DNA of 63,761 nucleotides, the filler included, from Octopus bimaculoides (lineage: Eukaryota), in the NCBI RefSeq assembly GCF_001194135.2. It is 3 parts of 3 records of this genome, joined end to end, with 100 filler letters (N's around TTAATTAATTAA, not from the genome) between each part and the next. Parts side by side here need not be neighbours in the genome. Positions count along the whole stretch, not along the records: positions 27,622 to 53,577 come from NC_069004.1; 2 more parts are not named here. One strand, 5' to 3'. A program made the translations under genes and the position numbers. The notes below the pieces were generated by a model that did not search any database, was not told where the DNA came from, and saw nothing but the letters and a program-made list of their open reading frames with translations. Below, one piece after another: positions 37,183-50,509 of this stretch; within the stretch, counting starts at the first letter, position 1, and the number at the start of each line of letters is the position of its first letter.

Positions 37183-37245
37183 CTTGATCATTGTTTCTCT
37201 TGCAGTATAAGCAGTTGCCCCATCTTGCTGGAACCATTTTGTATT
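37183..37245 (-). mobile_element. Short DD41D (rosa/Visitor)-type transposase fragment fused to the mariner
   Basis: KWFQQDGATAYTARETM motif, same type as at 52540-52600. Confidence 0.65.
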
Positions 37246-39132
37246 TTTAGAACTTTTATTGTGAAGTAATTTCAAAATATAGATTGATTTCAGACTTCAG
37301 GGATTAAGATAACCAAGGATAGCTCTCAAACCTCTCCTTGAAAGATTGACTTCTGATGTCAATCTCTTAACTATGCTGGCATGTGCTAATGCATTATTAA
37401 TTCAGCCATGTTACCAAAGCATCCTTAGATTATTGAAGGCTAAATCATCACCATCATCATCGTTTCACGTCTGCTTTCCATGCTAGCATAGGTTGGACAT
37501 TTGACTGAGGACTAGCAAACCAGATGGCTGCACCAGGCTCCAATCTGATCTGGCAGAGTTTCTACAGTTGGATGCTCTTCCTAACACCAACCACTCCAAG
37601 AGTGTAAGCACAATTTCTGGCAGCAGTGAACAAAGGTGTATCTGTGTTAAGGCTTCAAAAAGAGTTTATTCTAAAGAATACCTATATATGCAGTTGTCAA
37701 TGGAATTAAGTGCAATGTCTGGTACATGAAAAAATGTTCAGTGACAATAATGAGTAAAGTGAAGAGTAAAAAAGATTTTGCATACCAAGCCAAAAGAAAA
37801 TGGTGTCAGATCTCCTTACATACCATCAGAATCTGGGAGTAAGCTGGAGGAAGAGGAGATCAAAGTATAATATTGATAACAATACTGTAATTGTTCATAC
37901 TATTACTAACAGTGAAATAGTTGAAATGAGATTCTCAATCAGGATGATCCTGATAATAATGATGATGATGATGACAATGACAACGATAATAACAACAGCA
38001 GCAGTAGCGGTGACTACAACGACATGGTTATCACATTAGAAAAGGTACCCATAGGTAACAGGATGAAAATATGTGATAAACTTACTAAAAGACAAGAACA
38101 GCTTTAATTACAGAACAAGAAATCATAGCAGTGTACAAAATCAGAGAAAGACTTCTACAACAAAGATCTTTGTTAATGAAGCATATGTCACTTGAATCAT
38201 TTTTAAAATGTCATCAAATAGTAATAATGGTCATTTTGTCATCTAGGTATTAGACTATCACATTCACTATCATGTGTATTTAGCAAACATGAAATAGGAA
38301 ATGTCATAGTTATGTCTTAATTGCATCAAATATTTTTATGATTTATATGAAAATTGTTCATGGTTGTTAAAGACAGAATAAGCAAAAAGAGTGAAAACAT
38401 TTTATCACAAAACTGATCAACAAATTTCTGTGTGTTACTTGAAGTTGTTCTGTTTGAGAGTTCAGTACCCAGCTTTTTATATCATTTAGTCAAGCTTCTA
38501 GAATCTTTGGCAGAATTATTTAATGGCAAGAAAATCCACAAATCTTACTTTCAAGTTTGCCACTTATTGGCTACACACTAGTTAATTGGTCAAATCATGT
38601 TTACATAAGCATAATAAATTTTATGGTGAAACAGTTAATTTCTCATAGCAGGTCTTATTTTTATGGCAATATAGTTTGGCTGTGGTTCAAAACTCAGCAG
38701 AATCCTCACTATGGACATCCTTTTGCCTTGTGTTTATTATAAGACAGACAAACATAGAGCAAAAATAATTAACAGCTACAAAAGCAAATACAACAAATAG
38801 CATTATATAAACAGTAAAAGAAGAAAATGTTCACAAATTATACACAATTCAAAATAATCCAAATATTGTTATAAGATAGAAAAATGGTGTTATACATAAT
38901 TCCTTTCATGGAATATTATGCATATATCTTCTTAGCATTCCTCTATTAGGGATATTTTTTTAGTTCACTTTTGGATTAACTTGATAACATTGTGTAAGCA
39001 TATGTTTTTTGATATTGATATGACTGATATTTTATATCTTTTTCTGTATCTAGATATACTGATACACTAGAAATGATCATTGATAATATTTAGTGTAATC
39101 AAAGATGTGATTTTCTCCATTCTTATTCTAGT

Positions 39133-39204
<72 letters not shown>

Positions 39205-39206
39205 CC

Positions 39207-39870
39207 AAGAAGATGCAGACAGATGAAAATCTTATGGTTCAACCCACCTTATAGCATGAATGTAGCTACTAACTTAGCTAAGAAATTCTTAAAACTAACA
39301 GACAACCACTTTCCACATTCACACAAATACCACGAGATCTTCAGCAGAAACACTGTTAAAGTTACCTATAACTATCTCCCCAATATAGGATCAATAATAC
39401 TCAGTCACAATAAACATAAACACACCAGAAACACCCCAGAAATATAATGCAATTTCACATCCCCAAACTGCTGCCCTTTAAACAACAACTGTCTCAAGAA
39501 AGAACTCGTATACAAAGCCAAAATGACGGACCCCAACAGAATAGCAAAGGCATATATTGGAATGACAGACAACTCATTCAAGGAAAGGTATACACATTTC
39601 ATGTCATTCTGAGACAAAAACAAAAAGACATGCGACATCCCTATCAAATATCAAATATGATATGAACATTGAAAGAAGGTGGAATAAGCAACCCCTGCCC
39701 CCAGATAGAATGGAAAAATATTGCTAAAGTCAAAAAATACTGAGGACAGAGTACCAAATGTGAACTCTGTATAACTGAAAAGTTAAACATTATACAATCA
39801 ACAGATAACATCTTAAACATTAGTGATGAAACCCTCCCTGCATACACAAGCAATATTTTACTCTCAAATA
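39207..39870 (+). mobile_element. Penelope-like element 3' part: linker and GIY-YIG endonuclease
   Basis: ILWFNPPYSMNVATN..KKFL.L.D.HFP....HEIFSRNTVKV.Y..LPN, then C...CPLNNNCL....VYKA.......YIG.T..SFKERY..F, and CELC.TEK. Confidence 0.92.
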
Positions 39871-40362
39871 TTTCAAAGAAGAGCCCTTATAAATGAGGGT
39901 ACCCCTACCAATATAGCCCCTTTCCTAAATGTGAACACACATAGCACACAAACTTCACACAAAGGAAAAATATACCCCAATGATGAACTACCTCAAAATA
40001 CAAGTACAAAAACACCATGCCAAGAACAAAAACAAATAATGTAAACAAATTAACCATAAAAAAATTTATCCAAAAGACAATTCCAAGGGAGATAAACTTC
40101 CAAAAGATGCCACCCAAGAGTAACATGCCTTGATTCATTGTTTTATTTATGCAAATTTATGAGAAATACCATGAACGAAGCGAAACTGTTTTCCAAAATG
40201 GAGGCAAACACCTTTCTCCATGTGATCGGCTTGAAAAATTGCTAAGACACTAGGATATGTTCTTACTTTTTTTTAACATGAAACCAATGATAGCCTTAAT
40301 TCACAAATAAAGAAATCAGATATACACCAATGTGGTGTTGAGCACTCATTTCATCGTTCAAC

Positions 40363-40403
<41 letters not shown>

Positions 40404-40416
40404 TGCATATATATGT

Positions 40417-40467
<51 letters not shown>

Positions 40468-40783
40468 TGCATATATATGTATACATACATNNNNNNNNNN
40501 NNNNNNNNNNNNNNNNNNNNNNNNNNNNNNNNNNNNNNNNNNNNNNNNNNNNNNNNNNNNNNNNNNNNNNNNNNNNNNNNNNNNNNNNNNNNNNNNNNNN
40601 NNNNNNNNNNNNNNNNNNNNNNNNNTATATATATATATAATTTAGAGAAAAGAACCAAAGTTCATGAACTCGTCTATGAAAATCCACAGTCACTTTTATG
40701 ATTTTTACTTTGTATTTTATCATACTTATTCATCGTGTATTTACTTATTAAATTTTTCTATATGTGACTGTGGATTTTCATGG

Positions 40784-40825
<42 letters not shown>

Positions 40826-40834
40826 CATATATAT

Positions 40835-41575
40835 ATTGTGTCTGGGGAGAGTCATTCCCTTTTACTGCCTTATTATTTAACACACTCACCAGTTAAGTTT
40901 CCACTTATTTACTTATTTATTTTTCCTAAAATTTTCGTTGCATCTTGCAACCTTTTGAATAGTTGTTGACTTTGTCCATTATCTGAGCTGCGTTCTTTTT
41001 GTTTATTTGTGCACATGTGTGTGTGTGCATACACATGTATGTATGTATGTACATATGCATGTAAGTGTGTGTATGCATGTATGTGTGTGTGTGTGTGCAT
41101 ATGTATAAATGTATGTGTGTACGTTTGTATGTAACTATTCTGCATATTCATGTGCTTGTGTGTTCGTGTTTCTGTGTGTGTGTGTGTTTGCATGTGTGTA
41201 TGTACCTCTGTCTCCTTGTGTGTGCATGTCTGAGTGTGTATGTGTGTATGGGTTTTTGTGACTATGTACTGTGTCTGTATGTATGGATGTGTATCTCCAT
41301 ATGTGTGGATGTGTGTCTCCATATGTGTCCTTGTGTGAAGTGAAGTATGTTTGTATATGGTCATGTGTTTCAGTCTTCATTTGCATATGTGTGTGTGTGT
41401 GTGCTTGTCTGTTCATATTACCTATGTACCTATCCATCTGTATGTCTATCTGCTTACTTTAATATCTATTTACTTATATACATGTGCATATATATATACA
41501 CACACACATACATACATTTACATAACAGCCTACTAACTATTCTACCTGTATATAAATATAAACTATAGGTATGGA
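40835..41575 (-). mobile_element. Uninterrupted CA-rich element directly downstream of the Penelope RT
   Basis: Colinear with 10780-11128 plus 13621-13936. Confidence 0.75.
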
Positions 41576-41582
41576 GGTATGA

Positions 41583-42519
41583 TTATTTCCTATTTAGTAC
41601 TGAGGATGTTTCATTTGGCGCTGGTGAGTAAATTTTTAGGGACTGCGGTTGTCTCTTGCTTTTAATAATCCTATGTGTTTCTAGTGCCTTTTTCAACCAT
41701 GTGTCCTTCATAAGGAGGGGTACATTTTGGTGGTTGATGTTGTATGCTTCCATGGTTCTTGAATTGTGTTTTGATTTGTAAGATAGAGTTTTAAGTGTGT
41801 CATGGTGTTTTCTTGTTTTCCATAACACTTGAATGTCTATCATTTTTGCACATTCTGTTCCATTTTTGATTAGACTGGCTGGGTATTTTCTATCTAGTAG
41901 TGTGTTTTTAAGTTCTTGGAGTAGCTTTTCTTGGGTTTTGGGATTTGATGCAATCGTGAAAATTCTTCTCGCTAAGTTGAACGGTATATTTATTTTAGTT
42001 TGCTTTGGGTGGCAAGAGGAGAATAGAAGATATTGTTTTGAATCCGTTGATTTGAAGAAGATGTCGGTTTCAATTTCAGTATCTCTCTTTATTATTAAGA
42101 TGTCCAGGAAGGGTAGTTGTTTGTGGCTGTATTCCATTGTAAACTGGATACTGTGGTTAATGCTGTTGATTAAGCTTTTAAATTTTGAGAATTGTTCAAG
42201 GTTATGTGGCCACAGGATCAAACAGTCATCTCGGTAGTGTTTCCAGTTGGTAAGTATTTTTGAAAGTTGTCTCCAAATTTCAATCTAGTGTGTCCGTATA
42301 TTTGGACTTCCAAGTATGCCATGACAAGGTTAGCAAAAGTAGGCACTACTCTCGCTCCCATCACTGTGCCTGAATTTTGTCTATAAGAGTTTTCATTGAA
42401 ATTGAAGAAGTTGTTCTGTAAGATGAATTTTATTCCTTCAACGATGAATTCTTTTCCGATTCTGTTAAGAATGTCATTTGGGAATTTTTCCAGTCAGTAT
42501 TGTATGGCTATTATTCTGT
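41583..42519 (-). mobile_element. Penelope-like reverse transcriptase fragment
   Basis: YRQNSGTVMG...PTFANL.M.YLE, HYRDDCLILW, INSI..SIQFTME...QLPFLDILI, TDIFFK.TD..QYL.F.SCHP, KRQP. Confidence 0.93.
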
Positions 42520-42632
42520 AGAACAACTTCTTCAATTATGCCAGCTTAAATGCCCAGTAAAACCTAACTATTTTTATTTGCATACTGGTGTCTTTAAGGG
42601 CTCACTTCTCTCTTTGTATTGTATTTTTGCCA

Positions 42633-42726
42633 ATAATGCTGATGAGGAAAGTCAGTTGTCATGAACTGGACATTTAAGCTCACATAATTAAGGTTTTGCC
42701 AGTCTTCTGAAACATGTGTACATTAT
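42633..42726 (+). ncRNA. Type I hammerhead ribozyme with intact core and expanded stem II
   Basis: Stem I AUAAUG (42633-38) pairs with CAUUAU (42721-26), 6/6. CUGAUGA at 42639-45; stem II GGAA/UUCU; GAAAC at 42709-13; loop AUGU; GUA at 42718-20 is the predicted cleavage triplet. Confidence 0.8.
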
Positions 42727-42762
42727 ATAAAGCTAATTATAAATATTAATTATTTTTTCTGT

Positions 42763-42800
<38 letters not shown>

Positions 42801-43162
42801 NNNNNNNNNNNNNNNNNNNNNNNNNNNNNNNNNNNNNNNNNNNNNNNNNNNNNNNNNNNNNNNNNNNNNNNNNNNNNNNNNNNNNNNNNNNNNNNNNNNN
42901 NNNNNNNNNNNNNNNNNNNNNNNNNNNNNNNNNNNNNNNNNNNNNNNNNNNNNNNNNNNNNNNNNNNNNNNNNNNNNNNNNNNNNNNNNNNNNNNNNNNN
43001 NNNNNNNNNNNNNNNNNNNNNNNNNNNNNNNNNNNNNNNNNNNNNNNNNNNNNNNNNNNNNNNNNNNNNNNNNTATATATATATATATATATATATATGG
43101 TAACTGAAAGATGGAAGATGGACTATACAAGAATTTATTATTAATCATGACTTGAAGTATTT

Positions 43163-45284
43163 GGACCAAAGACTTGAAGTATTTCGTGTTGCAAGACAGT
43201 GTGTGAGAGAGAATCGTGATGTCATGGGAGAGAAATGTGTTCGCATGGATGATGGTACACTTGCACTAAATGCTGCAGGAGAAATACCTAGCCAAGGATA
43301 AACCTCTGTATCTGGCTTTCGTTGACATGGAGAAAGCCTTCAACAGGGTCCCCCGATCCCTTATCTGGTGGTCAATGAGGAAACTAGGGATAGAAGAATG
43401 GTTAGTGAGAGCTGTGCGAGCCATGTACAGAGATGCTGCCAGTAAGGTGAGGGTTGGCAATGAGTACAGTGAAAAATTCCGGGTAGAGGTAGGGGTCCAC
43501 GAAAGGTTCTGTCCTTAGCCCCTTCCTATTTATCATAGTCCTCCAGGCGATAACAGAGGAATTCAAGACAGGATGTCCCTGGGAGCTCCTCTATGCTGAG
43601 TCACTATCAGAACTAGAGGAGAAGTTTCAGGTGTGGAAACAGGGAATATAATCGAAGGGCCTTAGAGTCAACCTAGCTAAAACCAAAGTCTTAATAAGTA
43701 GGAAGGTAGACAAAACACAAACCCCTTCAGGTAGATTGCCCTGCTCAATCTGTAGAAAAGGTGTAGGTAGAAACTCTATAAGATGTACCCAGTGCAAGCT
43801 ATGGACATATAAGAGGTGCAGCAATATCAAAGGCAGGTTAACTAGGAAGTTAGTTTTTGTATGTGGCAGATGTTCAGGTGCAATAAACACTGAAAATGTG
43901 CAGAAAACAACTTCTGTCACATTCCAGGGAGAAAAACTGGACGTGGTTGATAGCTTCCGATATCTGGGTGACCAAGTTAGTAGTGAGGGTGGGTGCGCTG
44001 AAAGTGTAGCTGCTAGAATAAGAATAGCCTGGGCAAAGTTCAGAGAGCTCTTATCTCTGCTGGTGACAAAGGGCCTCTTGCTCAGAGTAAAAGCAGACTG
44101 TATGACACATGTGTATGAACAGCCAAGCTACATGGCAGTGAAACATGGGCTGTGACTGCTGAGGACATGCGTAAGCTCACAAGGAATGAAGCCAGTATGC
44201 TCGGATAGATGAGTAATGTCAGTGTGCATATCCGACAGAGTGTAAGTATCTTGAGAGAAAAGTTGAACCTAAGAAGCATCAGTTGTGGTGTGCAAGAGAG
44301 ATGATTGTGCTGGTATGGACATGTGGCGAGAATGAATGANNNNNNNNNNGAACCTAAGAAGCATCAGTTGTGGTGTGCAAGAGAGATGATTGTGCTGGTA
44401 TGGACATGTGGCGAGAATGAATGAGGATAGCTGTATGAAAAAGTGCCACACCCTAGCGGTTGAGGGAACCCGTGGAAGAGGCGGGCCCAGGAAGACCTGG
44501 GCTGAGGTGGTGAAGCACGACCTTCGAACATTAGGCCTCACCGAGGCAATGACTAGTGACTGAGACCTTAGGAAATATGTTGTGCATGAGAAGACCTGGC
44601 AAGCCAAGTGAGACCAAAATTCAAGGCCTCTACCAGGGATGTAGCCAGCCCACTTACGCGTAACATTCCTTCATTGGACACTAAACTCCACTTGCAAAGA
44701 CCTGTTGAGGCAAGTGAAATCGGAATCGAACTAAATTTGTAGACTGGCACCCATGCCAACGTCTCTTCATTGAACACTAAACTTGTCTTGCGAAGACCTG
44801 TTTGGGCAAGTGAAAGCGAAATTGTGATAGCACCTGTACCAGTAGATCACTAAGAGCACTGTCCAAGCATGATCATTGCCAGAGCACTAGCTATCTGGCT
44901 TCCGTGCCGGTGGCACCTAAATAGCACTATTTGAACATGATCATTACCAACGTCGCCTTATTGGCACTTGGGCACGTGAAAAGACATCTGAGCGAGTTCG
45001 TTGCCAGTACCGCTGGACTGGCTCATGTGCAGGTGGCACATAAAATACACCATTTCGAGTGTGGCCGTTGCCAGTACCTCCTGACTGGCCTTCATGCCGG
45101 TGGCACGTAAAAGCACCCACTACACTCTCTGAGTGGTTGGCGTTAGGAAGGGCATCCAGCTGTAGAAACTCTGCCAAATCAGATTGGAGCCTGGTGTAGC
45201 CATCTGGTTCACCAGTCCTCAATCAAATCGTCCAACCCATGTTAGCATGGAAAGCGGACGTTAAACGATGATGATGATGATGAC
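43163..45284 (+). mobile_element. RTE-clade LINE (same family as 11129-13620) with internal deletion, long 3'UTR and (GAT)n tail
   Basis: DKPLYLAFVDMEKAF, GVH..SVLSP.LF, LLYA, PHD-like finger, FRYLGD, GSETW; ends acgttaaacgatgatgatg. Confidence 0.95.
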
Positions 45285-45616
45285 AATTGTTTTGGCACAT
45301 CTAGCATCGATCCCTCACAGGTGAGATATTCGACAACTGGTCCAAGAGCATCTGGTGGTGCAGATGTGTCTTATCGGAGGATAAATAGACACAACTCGTT
45401 AACATAACAATTCCGCAATGTATCTTCTCATTTTGTGGGAAAAAAAGCAGCAAAACGAAGGAAATATCTCCATTTACATAGAAGATCAAAAATAAAATCA
45501 CAGATGCAAAAAAGAAATGAACATGCAATACAGCAAGAAAAGCATTAAAAATAACCATTAGCAAATATAGATGCATATAGATGTAGGCATCTTGAGAGTC
45601 TTTCAGAAATTATATA

Positions 45617-45649
<33 letters not shown>

Positions 45650-45695
45650 CACAAACATACATACATACATACATACATACATACATACATACATA

Positions 45696-46553
45696 CACAG
45701 GGTATGGTGAATAAACAGTCATCTAAATTACGCAAAAATGAAATTAACACTCACATCTCATTTTAACAGGTATATTTACTAAAAGTGCATAAAAATAGTT
45801 TGAAATACTAAAGAGTAAATTTATTCAATGAAATTGTTATTGGCTTCAGCCATGACCTCCAGATGACTTTGGAATCTTCTGCAACTCTCCTTGTTTAAGT
45901 TGGTGAATGCTGCCATAATCCTTACCTTCAGTTCACTTTGGTGTTACAAGGAGTTTTGTTGGTCTCTCACTTAACTGCACCCCACACATAATCAAGAGGT
46001 TTGCAGTCTGAGGAGTTAGGTGGTCAGATGTTAGGGGTGATGTGGTCACAGAAATTGTCTGACAGCCATGACTGGGTTCTCCTGCTTGTGTAGCATGATG
46101 TAGAGTCTTGCTGCCAGACATAGGGTCTTCCAGCAGCCACCCTCTTGACCCAGGACAGCAATACCTCCTCCAGGCACTTGATGTAGACCTCTGTGTTAAG
46201 TCTGAGGGCATGTGGGAAGATGAATTACCATCACTAGTGATCCCTCCAAACACCATGATGTTGACTGGTTGTTTGATTTTTATCACTCTCGGTACATGTC
46301 CTCAGATTGCACCGTCCGCAGACTGACACCCAAACACTCTGAAATGTTCGTATTGGAGCTTCCAGTGTGAATGCCAAGCAGTACAGCATGTCATTCCCAA
46401 ATTTCTGGCAGAGTGAATTGTTTCATGGTGCTGTATTTCTCACATACAGTGCACAATTGACCCTACTATATTGTGTAGTCCACAAAATCAAAGACAAACA
46501 ATGTGCATGCATGAAACAAAAGTATAAAATGTTGACAATTTACACATTGCACC

Positions 46554-46560
<7 letters not shown>
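45696..46560 (-). mobile_element. Internally deleted DD37D (maT)-type transposon
   Basis: QD-STSCYTSRRTQSWLSDNFCDHITPNI*PPNSSDCKPL-DY has 37 residues between the catalytic Asps. Imperfect termini cacagggt and accctctgtg. Confidence 0.85.
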
Positions 46561-46589
<29 letters not shown>

Positions 46590-47590
46590 GTGCGTGTGTG
46601 CATGTATGTGTGTATGCTTGTCCCCCCACCACCACTTCACAACTGATATTGGTGTGTTTACATCTCTCTAATTAGCAGTTCAGCAAAAGAGACTGATAGA
46701 ATAAGTACCAAGCGATAAAAAAATGAGTACTGGGATCAATTCATTTGACTAAAAGTTTTTCAAGGTGATGCTCCAGCATGGATGCAGTCTAATGATCAAA
46801 GCAAGTAAAAGGTAAAAGATAAAAGTTATATCTTTATATAGATATAGAGGAATCATCAGATGGCCCGTGAACAGCTAAAATCAAAATGGTGGCTTGCATA
46901 TTTATTCTTAATATACTTCAGCAAATTCAAACATGAATATGCTAATTGCTATTTTGTTACAAAAGAACAACTTCTCCTTTACTACAAATGTGTTTTCATA
47001 ACACACTCAGTTCATTAGCACAAAGGACTCTAAAACATCCAGTTTTTCTTCGTTATTGTGTCTTATCAGCCAAGGGCACCCTATGCGTACGATGATTCAT
47101 TATCAGTTGGCAAATATCAGCATGCATCAGTAAACAATTTGTTGCTGAAGTTATAAACAAGAACCTCAGTCTTTTGTTAGATTCATTAGTCTGGGGTGAC
47201 TTTGGCTGATGGCACACAATGATGTCAAGGCACTAGATGTTTCACTATCCCTTGCATTAATGAATTGAGTGTGTTATGAGCACACATTCATCATAAAGAA
47301 GAAATCATTTTCTTGTGACAGGACGCAACAGTAATTAGCATATTTATGTTCATATCTGCCAGAATGTGTTTAGAATAAATGTGCAAGCTACTGATGTACT
47401 CAGTAGTAATTCATTGAAGCTGGTCCAGTGAGCTGTTTTTCTAGAGTTTTTACAGCATGCTGCTTAGTCTTCACACATGAGACTAGACCAGTCTGACTTA
47501 TTTGAAGAAGCAGCTGTATGCCATGGAAACATCAGAGTAATAGGCCACTGGAATGGCCTAGACAAACAACACACACACATATAGACAGGC

Positions 47591-47629
<39 letters not shown>

Positions 47630-47674
47630 TATATACATATATACATATACACACATGTATGTATGTATATGCAA

Positions 47675-47714
<40 letters not shown>

Positions 47715-48014
47715 GTTTCAAAAATTAAACAGAAGTTCAACAAAGGAATGAATAGAAAATTCACACACAAGACATAGACGTGCTCTTTCCTCATCAATTG
47801 TTGTCCAAAATTCATTACAATTTCATGCCTTTAATAATAATAATATTGTTCATTTTTGGTGGTGTCAACAGCATAAAGGTGTTGGGAATAACAAGAGAAC
47901 ATTAAGGACAGTGATGCAAGCAAATGTCATATGTAAATGTGAATATACAAACAAAATAAAGCAACATACAAGCAAAAGACATATGTCTACTAATGCCATA
48001 GCAAATGTCCTAAG

Positions 48015-48970
48015 CAACTAGAAAGTGGACAGATGGAAGGACAAAAATGACATCAACAGCTGTTCATCACTGGGATACTGGTTTCCAGCCAAGTGTTTTG
48101 CAGGGAACAGATGATAATCAGATGGGGCCAAATAGAAGAACAGGGGAACAGGAACTAGTTCAAATCTATAGTCATGCATAGAAGCCACTGAAACCAATGA
48201 CTTGTGTGTTGGAGCATTGTCCTGATGAAACAAGACCCCTTACATTAGTTCTCCTGGGAATTTGTTCTTGACAGCCTTTTGTAACTGCCTTAATAAGTTG
48301 GCATAGTACTCTCCATTGATGGTGTGGCCCTTTTGAAGATGGTCAATAAACACAATGCCTTTTGAATCCTAAAAATCTGAGATTATCACCTTCCCTGCAA
48401 ATGAAACAACCTTGGCCTCCATTGGAGCAGGTGAGAAGGGATGTTTCCACTGCATGGATTGTCTCTTTGTCTCTGGACCAAAGTGATGAAGCTAGCACTC
48501 ATCCTGGGTTAGGAACTGTTCAAGGAAACCAGCTGGATCTGTGTCAAACAATGTCAGATTTTGTGATGTTGTGATCAAGCCTGGTGCACTTTTGATCAGG
48601 TGTCAGAAGACATGGCAGCCACCAAGTAGAAACCTTTGTTATGCCAAATTCATTTTGCAGAATATTCTCAACTCTCTCATGGGGTATGCTAACAGCATTG
48701 ACTGTCATTTGTCAGTCATCCGTCATCCATCAGCATGTGGTGAACATGATTAATATTTTCCTCAGTGGTGGCAGTTGCAGGATGCCCAGACCTTGGGTCA
48801 GTTTTAAAAACTTTCCCTCCCCCTCCTAAATTCAGCTGCCCACTTTTGCACAGTTGATTAGCCAGAGCATCATTCCCTAATGTAGCAACCATGTCAGCAT
48901 GAATGTCATTGGAGGCTAAACCCTTTTCCTGCAGATACTTGATAACACCATGATAACAAATTTTGTCCAT
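48015..48970 (-). mobile_element. Mariner (DD34D-type) transposase pseudogene, copy 2, with N-terminal HTH
   Basis: MDKI.Y.GVIKYL..KGL...IHADMVATLG..A, D.PRSG.P, TPDQK, FHQDNAP.H, LAPSDYHLFP. Confidence 0.92.
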
Positions 48971-50509
48971 TTTCTAGAGAAGTTGTTACTAGTTACTTTT
49001 GAAGACAGTCTCCATCCAGAAAATTATGAATTTTTTTCAACCAGCTGATATTCTGATGTCTCTCTCCCTTCTACATCTCTCATCATCTCTTACTTCCTCT
49101 GTACTGTACTTGAGCTCCTTGTGTGAGCAAAAAATAGATGTTCAACTCATACAGATTAATTCATAAGCAGTCTGGAGCGTTTTATAAGTTTTCATAGTGT
49201 TTTGCCCAGTTTAACACAAAACTTTATTGCATAGTAAGCTTCAAAATTGTCTTCACATCCTAATTGTGTTTTCCAAACCAGTCAGCTGTGACAAGCAGTG
49301 TTTAGTAGGTTGTGTGCAAAGTAGTTTTATAGCCATTTCCTTTAATCTGGAACAAAACGTTGGCAGGTCAGCTTATTAGATGTATATGAACAAAAATAAA
49401 ATAAAATAAGATTGCAATAGTCTAAGGCAGTTATAACTGCCTCTCCTAAAAAAAAAAGTCTCCACACTTTTAGAATGTACCTCATTCTTTATTCTATTAT
49501 TAATTTGCAATAATAAATTATATATCTTTATATAGAGTATGAAGGTCTTTCATTGTGCATCTCCAAACTTGTCACAGACACCCTATGAGGTATCCTATGC
49601 TTTTATTTTCATAACAAATAGAATGAGGGAACCTCAAAGGCAGCAGTAGGATGAATCATCAGTTTCTCTGTGCGTATATGTGTGTGTGTGTGTGTGTGCA
49701 TGCATGTGTGTGTGCATGTTTGTGTATGCATGTGTGTGTATGCGTGTGTGCATGTGTGTGTATGCGTGTGTGCATGTGTGTGTGTGTATCTATCCATCTN
49801 NNNNNNNNNNNNNNNNNNNNNNNNNNNNNNNNNNNNNNNNNNNNNNNNNNNNNNNNNNNNNNTATGTGTGTGTGTGTGTGTGTGCATGCATGTGTGTGTG
49901 CATGTTTGTGTATGCATGTGTGTGTATGCGTGTGTGCATGTGTGTGTATGCGTGTGTGCATGTGTGTGTGTGTATCTATCCATCTATAAACACACACAGA
50001 CACTCACTCATGTGGTACGTCACCATAATTATCATCTTTCTTTGTCATGCTGAATCAGAATACCCTGCAATCTAACCTCACCACTTTTTCATGTGAGTTT
50101 CTCAGTTAACCCCTGTCATAAGCAGCCATATTTTTTTGTACTATATAAATGCATATATGCATACACACACAAGCACACGTGCACATGTGCTCACTAACAC
50201 ATATGTACATGATTCTATATACCTTATTTATAAACATACATCAATATAATACATATAAACATACATCAATATAATACATATATTTGTATACACACACTCA
50301 CTCATACACATATTGCCATTTGCTAATTCTTCCTACTTGCAAACAATGCAACTTTCTCCAAACATATTCACAGACTGGGAACTATTTGCTGAGAGCTCAA
50401 TATATCTGGACTGAGAACTTTCAGCATGAGAAACTCAATAGTGATTTTTAATCAACTTTAGCCCAAGTTTTATCACTCAGCTGAAAGAAATACAGAAATT
50501 ATTCATAGA

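Noticed and set aside
40150-40195. ttatgag...cgaaactgtt downstream of the Penelope GIY-YIG
   Set aside because: Position is suggestive, but the core and stems are too decayed to support.
49600-49665. Minus-strand CTGATGA...GAAA
   Set aside because: The only helix overlaps the GAAA core; no stem III or NUH.
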